This document shows positions 28,562 through 38,684 of a stretch of DNA of 64,000 nt, piece after piece. Position 1 is the stretch's first letter; every line of letters begins with the position of its first letter. The DNA is from an uncultured delta proteobacterium (GTDB lineage Bacteria > Desulfobacterota > Binatia > HRBIN30 > BPIQ01): NCBI GenBank assembly GCA_963761335.1, contig CAVXGR010000016.1, forward strand, positions 96,001 to 160,000. The letters are read 5' to 3'. The translations under genes were made by a program, and so were the position numbers. The notes below the pieces were generated by a model, which searched no databases, was not told the DNA's origin, and saw only the letters and a program-made list of their open reading frames with translations.

Positions 28562-30622
28562 ATGGAGCATCCGATAGCCGTTGCGTACGTGCGCTGGATT
28601 GTGCTGCTGCCGCTGATCGGCGCGGCGATCAACGGCGTTGCCGGCGCTGCCATCCAGCGAGCCGCGGGGAAGCGCGCCATCACCGTCATCGCCTGCACCC
28701 CGGTCGCCATCGCCTTCGCTCTCTCCGTGTACGCCTTCGCGCAGCTGCTCGGCCTGCCGGTGGAGCAGCGCCTGCTGCTCGACCATCTCTTCACCTGGCT
28801 CCACATCGGCGGCCTGCGAGCGGAGATGGCCTTCGCCCTCGACCCGCTGTCGTCGGTGATGACCCTGGTGGTCACCGGAGTGGGTGGGATCATCCACGTG
28901 TACTCGGTCGGCTACATGCACGACGACAAGGCGTTCTGGCGCTACTTCGCCTACCTCAACCTCTTCACCGGCGCCATGCTGACGCTGGTGCTCGGCGACA
29001 ATCTCCTGCTGATGTTCGTCGGTTGGGAAGGCGTCGGCCTCTGCTCCTATGCGCTGATCGGCTTCTGGTACACCGACCTGAACAACGCCACCGCCGGCAG
29101 CAAGGCCTTCATCGTCAACCGCATCGGTGACTTCGGCTTCGTGCTCGGCCTCTTCCTGCTCTTCTGGTCGATGTCCGCCGCCGGCCATCCGACCATCACC
29201 TTTCGCGAGCTGGCGGCGCACGCCGGTGTTCTCCAGGGAATGACCTTCTGGGGCATTGCCGTGCCGACGCTGGTGACCTTGCTGTTCTTCGTCGGCGCCA
29301 CCGGCAAGTCGGCGCAGATCCCCCTGTACGTCTGGCTGCCCGACGCCATGGCCGGCCCGACGCCGGTGAGCGCCCTCATCCACGCCGCCACCATGGTCAC
29401 CGCCGGCGTCTACATGATCGGCCGGCTGAACTTCCTCTTCTCGATGTCCCCGGTGACCCTCGGCGTGGTCGCCGTCATCGGCACGCTGACGGCGTTGATC
29501 GCGGCGACCATCGCGCTGACGCAGAACGACATCAAGAAGGTCCTGGCCTACTCGACGGTGAGCCAGCTGGGATACATGTTCCTCGCCATGGGCGTGGGCG
29601 CCTACTCGGCCGGCATCTTTCACCTGGTCACCCACGCCTTCTTCAAGGCCTGTCTGTTCCTCGGCTCCGGCAGCGTCATTCACGCCATGAGCGGCGAGCA
29701 GGACATGCGCAAGATGGGCGGCCTCAAGGAGTCGATGCCGATCACCCATTCGACCTTCCTGGTCGCCACCCTGGCGATCTCGGGTATACCGCCGCTGTCG
29801 GGCTTCTTTTCCAAGGACGAGATCCTCTGGCAGTCGTTTTCGAGCCCGCACGGCAGCTTCGTGCTCTGGTTCGTGGGCACGCTGGTCGCCGGGCTGACGG
29901 CGTTCTACATGTTCCGCCAGGTGTTCATGGTGTTCTACGGCGACTGCCGCGCCGACCATCACACCCGCGAGCACTTGCACGAGTCGCCGCCGGTGATGAC
30001 CTGGCCGCTCATCATCCTCGCCGGCCTGGCGCTGGTGGCCGGCGTCGTCGGTGTGCCGGCGGCGCTCGGCGGCGGCAACCGCTTCGAGACGTTCCTGGAG
30101 CCGGTGCTGGCGGCGCACGCGGTTGCAGGCGCCCACGAGGCGCACTGGCCCTGGGCGCTGGAGATCGGCCTGATGCTGGTGTCGATCGCGGCCGCCGCGA
30201 TGGGTGTCGGCGTCGCCTACCTGGTCTATCACCGGCGCAGCCTGGCCCCGGAGCGCTTCTCGGAGGTGGCCGGCGGCTCAATCTACCGCGTCCTCTACAA
30301 CAAGTACTACGTGGACGAGGTCTATCAGGCGGTCTTCGTCAACGGCACCCTGGTGCTGTCGCGCGCCTGCGCCTGGTTCGACCAGAACGTCATCGACGCC
30401 ATCGTCAACGGCGCCGCGACGGTCACCCGCGGCGTCTCCTGGCTCAACGGCCTCTTCGACAGCTACGTGATCGACGGCCTGGTGAACGGCATGGCGTCGC
30501 TCACGCTCGGTGTCGGAACCCGCTTCCGGCGGCTGCAGACCGGCAGCATCAACGGCTATCTCTACGTGATCGTCATCGGAGTCGTCGGCGTCATGATTGG
30601 GCGGCTCATACTCCAGAGGTAA
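28562..30622 (+). CDS. nuoL: NADH-quinone oxidoreductase subunit L
   Basis: GWEGVGLCSY, NRIGD, GKSAQIPL..WLPDAMAGPTPVSALIHAATMV, HAFFKA. Confidence 0.97.
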   Translation: MEHPIAVAYVRWIVLLPLIGAAINGVAGAAIQRAAGKRAITVIACTPVAIAFALSVYAFAQLLGLPVEQRLLLDHLFTWLHIGGLRAEMAFALDPLSSVMTLVVTGVGGIIHVYSVGYMHDDKAFWRYFAYLNLFTGAMLTLVLGDNLLLMFVGWEGVGLCSYALIGFWYTDLNNATAGSKAFIVNRIGDFGFVLGLFLLFWSMSAAGHPTITFRELAAHAGVLQGMTFWGIAVPTLVTLLFFVGATGKSAQIPLYVWLPDAMAGPTPVSALIHAATMVTAGVYMIGRLNFLFSMSPVTLGVVAVIGTLTALIAATIALTQNDIKKVLAYSTVSQLGYMFLAMGVGAYSAGIFHLVTHAFFKACLFLGSGSVIHAMSGEQDMRKMGGLKESMPITHSTFLVATLAISGIPPLSGFFSKDEILWQSFSSPHGSFVLWFVGTLVAGLTAFYMFRQVFMVFYGDCRADHHTREHLHESPPVMTWPLIILAGLALVAGVVGVPAALGGGNRFETFLEPVLAAHAVAGAHEAHWPWALEIGLMLVSIAAAAMGVGVAYLVYHRRSLAPERFSEVAGGSIYRVLYNKYYVDEVYQAVFVNGTLVLSRACAWFDQNVIDAIVNGAATVTRGVSWLNGLFDSYVIDGLVNGMASLTLGVGTRFRRLQTGSINGYLYVIVIGVVGVMIGRLILQR

Positions 30623-30629
30623 GGCGCGC

Positions 30630-32168
30630 ATGGATCACCTGCTCACCTATATGACCTTCATCCCGCTGCTGGGCGCGGCGATCATCCTCTGCCTGCCGCG
30701 GGATGCGCACAGCCTGATCAAGTGGACGGCGGCGGCGGCCACGGTGCCGCCATTGCTGCTGGCGATCTGGCTGTTCATCAACTTCGATCGCTCGGTGCCC
30801 GGCTTCCAGTTCGTCGAGCGCGCCAGCTGGATCCCGCTCGCCAACATCGAGTACCACATGGGCGTCGACGGCATCAGCATCACCATGGTGCTGCTGACGG
30901 CGCTGTTGAGCTTCATCTGTATCTTTGCCTCGTGGGGGATCGACAAGGCGTTGAAGGCCTACTTCGCGCTCTTCCTGCTGCTCGACACCGGTATGATGGG
31001 CGTCTTCTGCGCCCTCGACTTCTTCCTCTTCTTCGTCTTCTGGGAGGTCATGCTGCTGCCGATGTACTTCCTCATCGGCATCTGGGGCGGCCCGCGCCGG
31101 GTCTACGCGGCGATCAAGTTCTTCCTCTACACCCTGGTCGGCAGCGCTCTCATGCTGGTGGTCATGCTGGCGCTGTACTTCTCGGTCACCCCGCACACCT
31201 TCGACATGACCGTGCTGGCGGCCTCGACCGGCTCTTTCCAAAACATCCAGACGCTCTGCTGGATCGGGCTGTTCATCGGCTTCGCCATCAAGATTCCCGC
31301 CTTCCCGTTCCACACCTGGCTGCCCGACGCCCACGTCGAGGCGCCGACGGCGATCTCGGTCATCCTCGCCGGCGTGCTGCTGAAGATGGGTACCTACGGC
31401 ATCCTGCGCGTCAACTACGCCATCTTCCCGGAGGCCACCGCCAACCTGGCTTTCTATTTCCTCGGGGCACTCGGCGCCTGGAACATCGTCTACGGCGCCC
31501 TCTGCGCCATGGCGCAGAAGGACCTGAAGAAGCTGGTCGCCTACTCGTCGATCAGCCACATGGGCTACGTCATGCTCGGCATGGCGTCGCTCACGCCGCA
31601 GGGGATCAACGGCGCCGTCCTGCAGATGTTCAACCACGGCACGGTCACCGCCATGCTGTTCCTGCTCGTCGGCGTCATCTACGACCGCGCCCATCATCGC
31701 CAGATCGAGGGGTTCGGGGGCCTGGCGTCGATCATGCCGGTGTACACCGGAGTGACGGCGCTGGCCTTCTTTGCGGCCCTGGGGCTGCCGGGGCTTTCGG
31801 CGTTCATCTCCGAGGCGCTGGTGCTGATCGGTGCCTGGCAGACGTTCCCGATCCTCACCATCATCGCCGCCAGCGCCGTCATCCTCACTGCCGGATACAT
31901 GCTGTGGACGATGCAGCGCATGTACCTGGGCCCGGCCAACGAGAAGTATCTCAACCTCCCCGAGATCAGCGGCCGCGAGCTCTTCACCCTGGTGCCGCTG
32001 GGTGCCATCGTGCTCATCCTCGGCATCTATCCGCACGCCGTCCTCGACCTGACCACCGAGTCGCTGAACAGCCTCAACCAGGTGGTGCGGCCCTACTACC
32101 AGCAGGCGAGCGCGCCCGCAGAGCACATCCTGGTGTCGGCGGCGGTGCCGCCGAAGCGGGCCGACTGA
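30630..32168 (+). CDS. nuoM: NADH-quinone oxidoreductase subunit M
   Basis: GVDGIS, FFVFWE, PFHTWLPDAHVEAPT, LLKMGTYG, AYSSISHMG. Confidence 0.97.
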   Translation: MDHLLTYMTFIPLLGAAIILCLPRDAHSLIKWTAAAATVPPLLLAIWLFINFDRSVPGFQFVERASWIPLANIEYHMGVDGISITMVLLTALLSFICIFASWGIDKALKAYFALFLLLDTGMMGVFCALDFFLFFVFWEVMLLPMYFLIGIWGGPRRVYAAIKFFLYTLVGSALMLVVMLALYFSVTPHTFDMTVLAASTGSFQNIQTLCWIGLFIGFAIKIPAFPFHTWLPDAHVEAPTAISVILAGVLLKMGTYGILRVNYAIFPEATANLAFYFLGALGAWNIVYGALCAMAQKDLKKLVAYSSISHMGYVMLGMASLTPQGINGAVLQMFNHGTVTAMLFLLVGVIYDRAHHRQIEGFGGLASIMPVYTGVTALAFFAALGLPGLSAFISEALVLIGAWQTFPILTIIAASAVILTAGYMLWTMQRMYLGPANEKYLNLPEISGRELFTLVPLGAIVLILGIYPHAVLDLTTESLNSLNQVVRPYYQQASAPAEHILVSAAVPPKRAD

Positions 32169-32198
32169 GGCCGGCCGGCAGGCGCTGGGGGATCGCCG

Positions 32199-33680
32199 AT
32201 GAATCTGGGAAACGCCGACAGTCTCGCCTATCTGTGGCCGGAGATCGTCCTCGTCCTGACCATCCTCGGCGTCTTTGTCGCCGATCTGCTGGTGCGCCGC
32301 AAGGAGACCCTCGCCTACGTCGCCCTCGCCGGCGCCGCCGTCTCCTTCCTGCTCGCCACCTTCCTCTTCGGCAGCAAGCCGGGCTGGCTCTTCCACCAGA
32401 TGATCGTCCTCGACAACTTCGCCGTCTTCTTCAAGATGCTGTTCGCGCTGGCGCTGACGGCGGCGATTCTCATGTCGATGACCTCCAACGAGGTGCGCGC
32501 CTCGCGCAGCCAGGGGGAGTACTACGCGCTGCTGCTCTCCGGTGGCCTGGGCATGTACTTCATGGCCTCGGCGGCCAACCTGCTGATGGCCTACCTGGCG
32601 CTCGAGTTCGTGAGCCTCACCTCCTACGTGCTCACCGGCTACATGCGCCACAGCCGGCGCTCCGGTGAGGCGGCGCTCAAGTACCTGATCTACGGGGGCG
32701 TGGCCTCGGGGACGATGATCTACGGCATGAGCTGGATCTACGGGCTCTCCGGCAGCATGGACTACGCAGCCATCAACACCGCCCTGATGCACGGCGATCC
32801 GAACAAGCTCACCCTCTTCATCGCCTTGCTGCTGGTGCTCACCGGCTTCGGCTACAAGATCGCCGCCGTCCCCTTTCACATGTGGGCGCCCGACGTCTAC
32901 CAGGGCGCGCCGATCCCGGTGGCGGCCTTCCTCGCCGTCGGCTCCAAGGCGGCCGGCTTCGCTCTCGCCATCCGCTTCTTCTACCCGGCGATCTCGCACG
33001 CCACGACCGGAGGTGCCTGGCAGTTTCTGCCCGGCGTCGACTGGCCGCAGGTGGTGCTGGTGCTGTCGATGGTGACCATGACCCTCGGCAACCTGGCGGC
33101 GCTCTCGCAACAGAACCTGAAGCGCCTGCTCGCCTACTCGAGCATCGCCCACGCCGGCTACGCGCTCATGGGCTTCGCCGTGCTCAGCAACAATGGCCTG
33201 CGGGCCATGCTCTTCTACCTGGTGGCCTACTACCTGATGAACCTCGGCGCCTTCCTGGTGGTCATGGTGGTGGCCAACTCAACGGGTCGCGAGGACATCG
33301 ACGGCTTCCGCGGCCTCGCCTGGCGGGGCGGGGCTCTGCCGGCGCTGACCATGGCGGTGTTCCTCTTCTCGCTCGCCGGGTTGCCGCCGCTGGCCGGGTT
33401 CATCGGCAAGTTCTACCTCTTCGCCGCCGTGATCGAGGGCAAGTTCTACCTTCTGGCGATCGTCGGCGTCCTCAACAGCGTCGTCTCGCTCTATTATTAC
33501 GCCCGCATCGTCAAGGCGATGTTCCTCGACCAGCCCGAAAAGGACGACCCGCGCGTCGCCGTCGACACCCAGAACGGCTCGCTGCTCTGGGGCCTGGCCG
33601 GCGCCACGCTGGTGCTGGGCGTATACTGGACGCCGGTGATCGGCTTGGTTGACCGATCGTTGCACTTCTTCACCGGCTGA
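32199..33680 (+). CDS. nuoN: NADH-quinone oxidoreductase subunit N
   Basis: EAALKY, KIAAVPFHMWAPDVYQGAP, KRLLAYSSIAHAGY, SLAGLPPLAGF.GK. Confidence 0.97.
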   Translation: MNLGNADSLAYLWPEIVLVLTILGVFVADLLVRRKETLAYVALAGAAVSFLLATFLFGSKPGWLFHQMIVLDNFAVFFKMLFALALTAAILMSMTSNEVRASRSQGEYYALLLSGGLGMYFMASAANLLMAYLALEFVSLTSYVLTGYMRHSRRSGEAALKYLIYGGVASGTMIYGMSWIYGLSGSMDYAAINTALMHGDPNKLTLFIALLLVLTGFGYKIAAVPFHMWAPDVYQGAPIPVAAFLAVGSKAAGFALAIRFFYPAISHATTGGAWQFLPGVDWPQVVLVLSMVTMTLGNLAALSQQNLKRLLAYSSIAHAGYALMGFAVLSNNGLRAMLFYLVAYYLMNLGAFLVVMVVANSTGREDIDGFRGLAWRGGALPALTMAVFLFSLAGLPPLAGFIGKFYLFAAVIEGKFYLLAIVGVLNSVVSLYYYARIVKAMFLDQPEKDDPRVAVDTQNGSLLWGLAGATLVLGVYWTPVIGLVDRSLHFFTG

Positions 33681-33761
33681 AGCAGGCGTCGCGTCCGTGC
33701 GCGCCTTGGCCGGGTGGATCGGCCTGGGGGCGGGGCTCGCTCATCCTCGCTGCGCCAACCT

Positions 33762-34274
33762 TCACTCCGTTGGAGGGTCGACGGGCAGATCGGTCGTGGC
33801 GACGGCGTACACCCGGCCGTCCTTTGTGAGCGGCACCGAGAGCGTCACCATCCAGATGTCGCCGCCTCCCGCGTCGAAGTACGGATCGGTCCATACCGAC
33901 TCCATGCTGTCGCGCGGTTCGGCAAGCCAATCCTGGTTGTCGATGTCATAGTCGGGAGTGGCGAGATTCTTTTCGGCCAGCACGTCGCCGAGGCGGTAAA
34001 CGTACGGGCTGTCGAACACGGCTCCATCTTCACCGATGCTGGCGACTGTACTGCCGAAGAAGATCGGATGGGCTTCGAGGTAGGCGCGAATCTGGTCCGG
34101 CAGCGCTCCCTGCGACGGGAAATCGGCGGCGAGCTCGGCAGCGAAGTCGTTCAGGGCAATCTCCACCTGGGTTCGCTGGTCCACCTGGGCTCCTCGACCG
34201 TCACTGCCGCAGCCTGCGAAACTGACAACGAGCAGACCGAGAAGCAGGGAACGAGAGATATAGTGAAATCGCAT
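33762..34274 (-). CDS. Small lipoprotein consisting of a Cache/PDC-like sensor domain
   Basis: Lipobox FAGC; DW..P......WTDPYFDAGGG..WMVT.SVP...G....V...D is the Cache signature; GAGGA RBS. Confidence 0.8.
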   Translation of the reverse strand: MRFHYISRSLLLGLLVVSFAGCGSDGRGAQVDQRTQVEIALNDFAAELAADFPSQGALPDQIRAYLEAHPIFFGSTVASIGEDGAVFDSPYVYRLGDVLAEKNLATPDYDIDNQDWLAEPRDSMESVWTDPYFDAGGGDIWMVTLSVPLTKDGRVYAVATTDLPVDPPTE

Positions 34275-34556
34275 GGGATCCTCCGCGGGCCTGGAAGGCT
34301 GCTCTCTGTTTGAGCGGTGGAACTCTTACGCACGTAGTGTGCCAGGGATTCGATCCGATCGGGCGCATAGCGTTCTACGGGTTCGCCGTCGGCAATTCCG
34401 GCGCCATTTGACCGCTTGCGGGGCCAGAGCTGAGAAGGTGACGCGGCAGAATATTCTTTGACAAGGCCCGCCCGGCTGCCGTATGAGCCGAACAGCTGTC
34501 GAAACGCAACGGGTCTGTGTGCGCTTGGTGTCGGATCACCGAGAAAGGGGGGCAGC

Positions 34557-37500
34557 ATGGTCAGTCGGCTTGGATGCCTGATCGGGGCGGCGCTGATTTC
34601 CCTGGCGACGTTCTGGGCGTCGCCGTCGGGCGCGACTTCTCTGCAGCTGAAACGAGCGGTGAAACAGGCTCAGGCGGCGCCGGGGCGATTGATCGTCAAG
34701 TATCGGCCCGGCATGGACGCCTGCGTCGACTGCCTCCTGGCGAAGAGGATTCCCTTGGCGACGGTCACCGGCACGGAGTCCCTCGACCGGCTGAACCGCT
34801 TGCTCGGAGTCCGCGGCGCTCGGCCTCTGGGGTTCGCCTCGGGGAGCCTGGGGAAAGGCCGCGCCGCGGCCTACTCGAAGCGGGTGGCCTCGATCCGGGC
34901 GCGATTCCCGGCGCGCACCGCCCGGGCGCCGCAAGACGCGGTGGTGCCGGATCTCTCCAGGGTCTACGTCCTCGACCTGCCGCGCGACCTCGACGTCGAG
35001 CGGGCGGCGGCGCTCTACGCTGCCGATCCCGGCGTCGAGTATGCCCAACCCGATTACGAGCTGCAGGTCTCGCTCTCCCCGAACGACTCCTACTACTCGA
35101 GCTCCGGCACCTGGCAGCAGTCGTACCCCGACCTGTGGGGTCTGCACATCACCGACGCGGGCACCGCCTGGGACACCTCGACAGGCGCCGGAACGGTGGT
35201 GGCGATCATCGATACGGGGGTCGATTACCAACATCCCGATCTCGCCGCCAACATGTGGACGAATCCGAATGAGATTCCGGGCAACGGTGTTGACGACGAT
35301 GGCAACGGCTTCGTCGACGACGTCTATGGCTGGAACTTCGTCGACGACGACAACGACCCGATGGACGACTTCGGCCACGGCACACACGTCGCCGGAACCG
35401 TGGCGGCGGTGGGCAACAACGGGATCGGCGTGGTCGGCATGGCGTTCGGTGCCCGGGTGATGGCGGTGAAGGGGCTGAACGCGCAGGGCCTCGGTTACGT
35501 TTCCGACCTCGCGTCGGCGATCCTGTACGCGGCCGACAACGGCGCCGACGTACTCAACAACAGCTGGGGCGGCTTCAGCTTCAACCTCGCCACAGGAGAG
35601 AGCTCCGCGCTCCGGGACGCGGTTGAGACCGCGTCCGCCCTCGGGGTGGTCGTCGTCGCCTCGGCGGGCAACTCCAACACCAACGTGAACTACCAGGAGC
35701 CGGCAGGCTATCCGACGGTCATCGCCGTCGGCGCAACGGATGCTTACGACCAGCGTGCCAGCTTCTCGAACAAGGGGACTCGGCTCTCGGTGGCCGCCCC
35801 CGGGGTCGATGTCCTGTCGTTGCGCAGCTCGATCTCTCCGGTCGACAAGTACGGCGAGCGGGTCGGCTCGAGCTATCTCAGACTCAACGGTACCAGCATG
35901 GCCTCGCCGCACGTCGCCGGCTTGAGCGCGGTGCTGCTGGCATCGCAACCGAACCTCACCCCCGACGAGGTGCGCTGGCACCTCGAGCTGAATGCCGATC
36001 AGCCAGGGTATCCGGGATATGAAGGACTGCTGTTCAACCCGTACTTCGGCTATGGGCGCATCAACGCCGCACGCATCTTCGACACGCCCCCCGTGACCAC
36101 GCGTCTGACGGGCTCGGTGGATCTCCACGTCTACGCGGACTCCGTCGAAGCCGACCTTGCTGCGGCGAGCTTCCTGTTCACCACGGAAGACCCGGTCGCC
36201 TGGACGATATCGAGCCCTTCATGGCTGCTGCCGTCGGAAACGAGCGGCAGCGGACCGCTGCAGGATTCGCTCGGGGTGGACACGACCGGTCTGGCCGCCG
36301 GTGAATACGCGGACGACTTGGCGCTGGATGCCCCGGACGCCGTGGATGGGGGTGGGAGCTTCCCAGTGACGCTACACGTCCACTCGGATCCGCGCCTTGG
36401 CGCGCCCATCCGGATCACCGACGACTACGTCGACCCCTACGTCGCTCCGGGCGGAGTGCCGGTGGTCGGCGATGGAATGGGCTTCTTCACGGCCTGGCCG
36501 CAGCAGCAGACGCAACCTCCGCAGCTCTACGCCGCGCGCGTCGACGGCGCAGGGAACGTCCACGGCCCATATCCCATTCACACCAACCAGCCTGCGGAGG
36601 GGGCGGCTTATTACGATGAACCGACCGTCGCCTTCGATGGCCGCAACTACCTGGTCGTCTGGAACAATGTCGGGCTGATCCACGGGTATCGGAGCCGCAC
36701 CTACACCAACACGGTGATGGCGATGCGGGTCACCCCATCAGGGGAAGCCCTCGACCCGACGCCCATCGTGCTCATGTCCGAGAAGGACCACAGCGGCAAC
36801 ATATTCGTCTTCGACGTCGCCGCCGGTTGGGACGGCGAGGCGTACACGGTCATGTGGGCACAGGGCAACGTCCGCACCGACCGCGCCAAGGTCTACGCCC
36901 GACAGCTCGGTTCGGACGGCACCCTGCGCGGCAAGGCGAGCAAGCTCTTTCCCAACCGGGCGACTCGGCTCTCGAGTCACTCGAAATGGATCGACCCGGA
37001 GCTCGCCTGCCTGGCGGGTGGCTGCGTCTTCATCTGGGGAGAGCGCACGGGAGCCGCCAGCTCGGCGGGATATTACCTCGATGACGTATATGCTGTTCGT
37101 CTGGATGGCGCAGCTCTGGCGGACCGCAATGCCACCCGCCTTCTGACGGGAGTGAACCTCGGCCTGGACAAAGCTCGGGTGATTACCAACGGCAGCGAGT
37201 ACCTGGTGACCGGAATGGAGGTCGTCGAGTGCTCGGGGATTCTCTGTGGGAGGAACCTGCTGGCGACGCGCGTCAGCGCCTCGGGGCTGCTGAGCGCTTC
37301 GGAACCGGCGCGCCTGAATGCCGCGCCCATCACCGAGGCATCCGTGTTCCGTGTCTCGTCCGACGGCGAGAACTATATCGTGAGCTTCGTCGGCGGTGGG
37401 TCGCGTTTTGGCCGTCAGATCTTCGGGTTCAGAGTCGGCCCCGACCTGCAGCCGATCGACCTCGAAGAGCCCGGGGCGCTGTTGATGCCCGAGAGCCTCG

Positions 37501-38207
37501 GTACGGTGCCGCCGACGTACGGCACCTCCATGGCGACGCGGCTCGTCGGCACTCCGAGATATGCCGGCGTGATCTGGGTCGACACCCTGAATTTCGATCC
37601 CGGCAGCACGATGGTGACCTGGACGAGCCCGATCTCGGTGCAGCGGGTCTTCCCGCGCGCCCTGCCAGCCGGCTATCCGACCTACGCGATCGGCGCCGTC
37701 GGACCGTTGAGCGTGCGAGAACGCGAGCCGCTGCGCTTCGCACTGACAGCGCCGGCATTGGACCCGGCGACGACCACGTTCAGCGCCTCGGGGCTCCCGA
37801 GCGGCGCCTTGCTCGATCCGACCGGCCTCTTCGTGTGGACTCCCGCGGGAAGCGAGGCGGGTGTCTATCCCGGCGTGCACTTCGAGGCCACCGACGGGAC
37901 GCAGACCGTCAGCGAGGACACGACGATCACGGTAGCGGAAGCGAGCCTGTCGATATCCGGTACGGTGACTCTGAGCGGCGGCGGGCCGGCGCCCGGCATC
38001 GTGCTGCGGGTTGGCGGCCTTCGCGGTTGGACCACGGTGACCGATGCGGAGGGGCACTTCCGGATCGAGGACCTCGCGCCGCACCACTACTCTCTGAAGC
38101 TGGATCGAGCCAGCCACAAGCAGTACACCGCGAGCCCGGGAACGACGGCGGTGGTGCTGGGCAGCGCCGACGTCAGCAACGTCAGCATCGTCGTGTCGCC
38201 GCGATAG
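34557..38207 (+). CDS. Secreted multidomain S8 (subtilisin-like) serine protease
   Basis: Signal peptide, propeptide, triad IIDTG / HGTHVAG / GTSMASPHVAG, oxyanion SAGN; C-terminal beta-rich repeats (AFDGRNYLVVW), Ig-like domain (GLPSGA..TG.F.WTP), carboxypeptidase-regulatory-like end. Confidence 0.92.
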   Translation: MVSRLGCLIGAALISLATFWASPSGATSLQLKRAVKQAQAAPGRLIVKYRPGMDACVDCLLAKRIPLATVTGTESLDRLNRLLGVRGARPLGFASGSLGKGRAAAYSKRVASIRARFPARTARAPQDAVVPDLSRVYVLDLPRDLDVERAAALYAADPGVEYAQPDYELQVSLSPNDSYYSSSGTWQQSYPDLWGLHITDAGTAWDTSTGAGTVVAIIDTGVDYQHPDLAANMWTNPNEIPGNGVDDDGNGFVDDVYGWNFVDDDNDPMDDFGHGTHVAGTVAAVGNNGIGVVGMAFGARVMAVKGLNAQGLGYVSDLASAILYAADNGADVLNNSWGGFSFNLATGESSALRDAVETASALGVVVVASAGNSNTNVNYQEPAGYPTVIAVGATDAYDQRASFSNKGTRLSVAAPGVDVLSLRSSISPVDKYGERVGSSYLRLNGTSMASPHVAGLSAVLLASQPNLTPDEVRWHLELNADQPGYPGYEGLLFNPYFGYGRINAARIFDTPPVTTRLTGSVDLHVYADSVEADLAAASFLFTTEDPVAWTISSPSWLLPSETSGSGPLQDSLGVDTTGLAAGEYADDLALDAPDAVDGGGSFPVTLHVHSDPRLGAPIRITDDYVDPYVAPGGVPVVGDGMGFFTAWPQQQTQPPQLYAARVDGAGNVHGPYPIHTNQPAEGAAYYDEPTVAFDGRNYLVVWNNVGLIHGYRSRTYTNTVMAMRVTPSGEALDPTPIVLMSEKDHSGNIFVFDVAAGWDGEAYTVMWAQGNVRTDRAKVYARQLGSDGTLRGKASKLFPNRATRLSSHSKWIDPELACLAGGCVFIWGERTGAASSAGYYLDDVYAVRLDGAALADRNATRLLTGVNLGLDKARVITNGSEYLVTGMEVVECSGILCGRNLLATRVSASGLLSASEPARLNAAPITEASVFRVSSDGENYIVSFVGGGSRFGRQIFGFRVGPDLQPIDLEEPGALLMPESLGTVPPTYGTSMATRLVGTPRYAGVIWVDTLNFDPGSTMVTWTSPISVQRVFPRALPAGYPTYAIGAVGPLSVREREPLRFALTAPALDPATTTFSASGLPSGALLDPTGLFVWTPAGSEAGVYPGVHFEATDGTQTVSEDTTITVAEASLSISGTVTLSGGGPAPGIVLRVGGLRGWTTVTDAEGHFRIEDLAPHHYSLKLDRASHKQYTASPGTTAVVLGSADVSNVSIVVSPR

Positions 38208-38264
38208 TGCTCCCGTCGGGGGACGGTAGCCGGAATCGCCGGGAGTCCCCCGATGGCAATGTGC

Positions 38265-38655
38265 CCGCGCCCCTGGCGGGGCGCAACGGGCGGCTTCGGT
38301 AGCCCCGGGTCTTCGACCCGGGGCTACACGCCCGCGCCCCTTCCGGGGCGAATGAGGTCCAAACTCCGGGCCGCGGGTGCAACCTCGGGGCCGTTCGACC
38401 CGGGGAGACGAGAAGCGTCGGGCATCGCGCCGCGGAGCGGCGCAAGTCATGTAGCCCCGGGTCGAAGACTCGGGGAGACGGGGAGCGCCGGGCATCGCGC
38501 CGCGGAGCGGCGCAGGCATGTAGCCCCGGGTCGAAGACCCGGGGAGACGGGAAGCGCCAGGCATCGCGCCGCGGAGCGGCGCAGGCATGTAGCCCCGGGT
38601 CGAAGACCCGGGGAACGGCGTTGGCGTTCCCCGATGCGCCCCGTCAGGGGCGCGG
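38265..38655. repeat. GTAG-type REP palindrome array including a 69-bp tandem repeat
   Basis: Perfect palindrome gtagccccgggtc-ttc-gacccggggctac at 38299-38327; catgtagccccgggtcgaagac at 38448, 38517 and 38586 (period 69), alternating with gcgccgcggagcggcgc hairpins. Confidence 0.88.
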
Positions 38656-38684
38656 CTGCGGCTTTGAGACAGCGACGCTACCCA

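Noticed and set aside
30606..33152. 848-aa minus-strand ORF and similar ones opposite the nuo genes
   Set aside because: Antisense shadows of strongly codon-biased membrane subunit genes
38400..38615. 69-bp periodic repeat as a CRISPR array
   Set aside because: The intervening sequences are near-identical rather than unique spacers, the units are GTAG REP hairpins, and no cas genes are present
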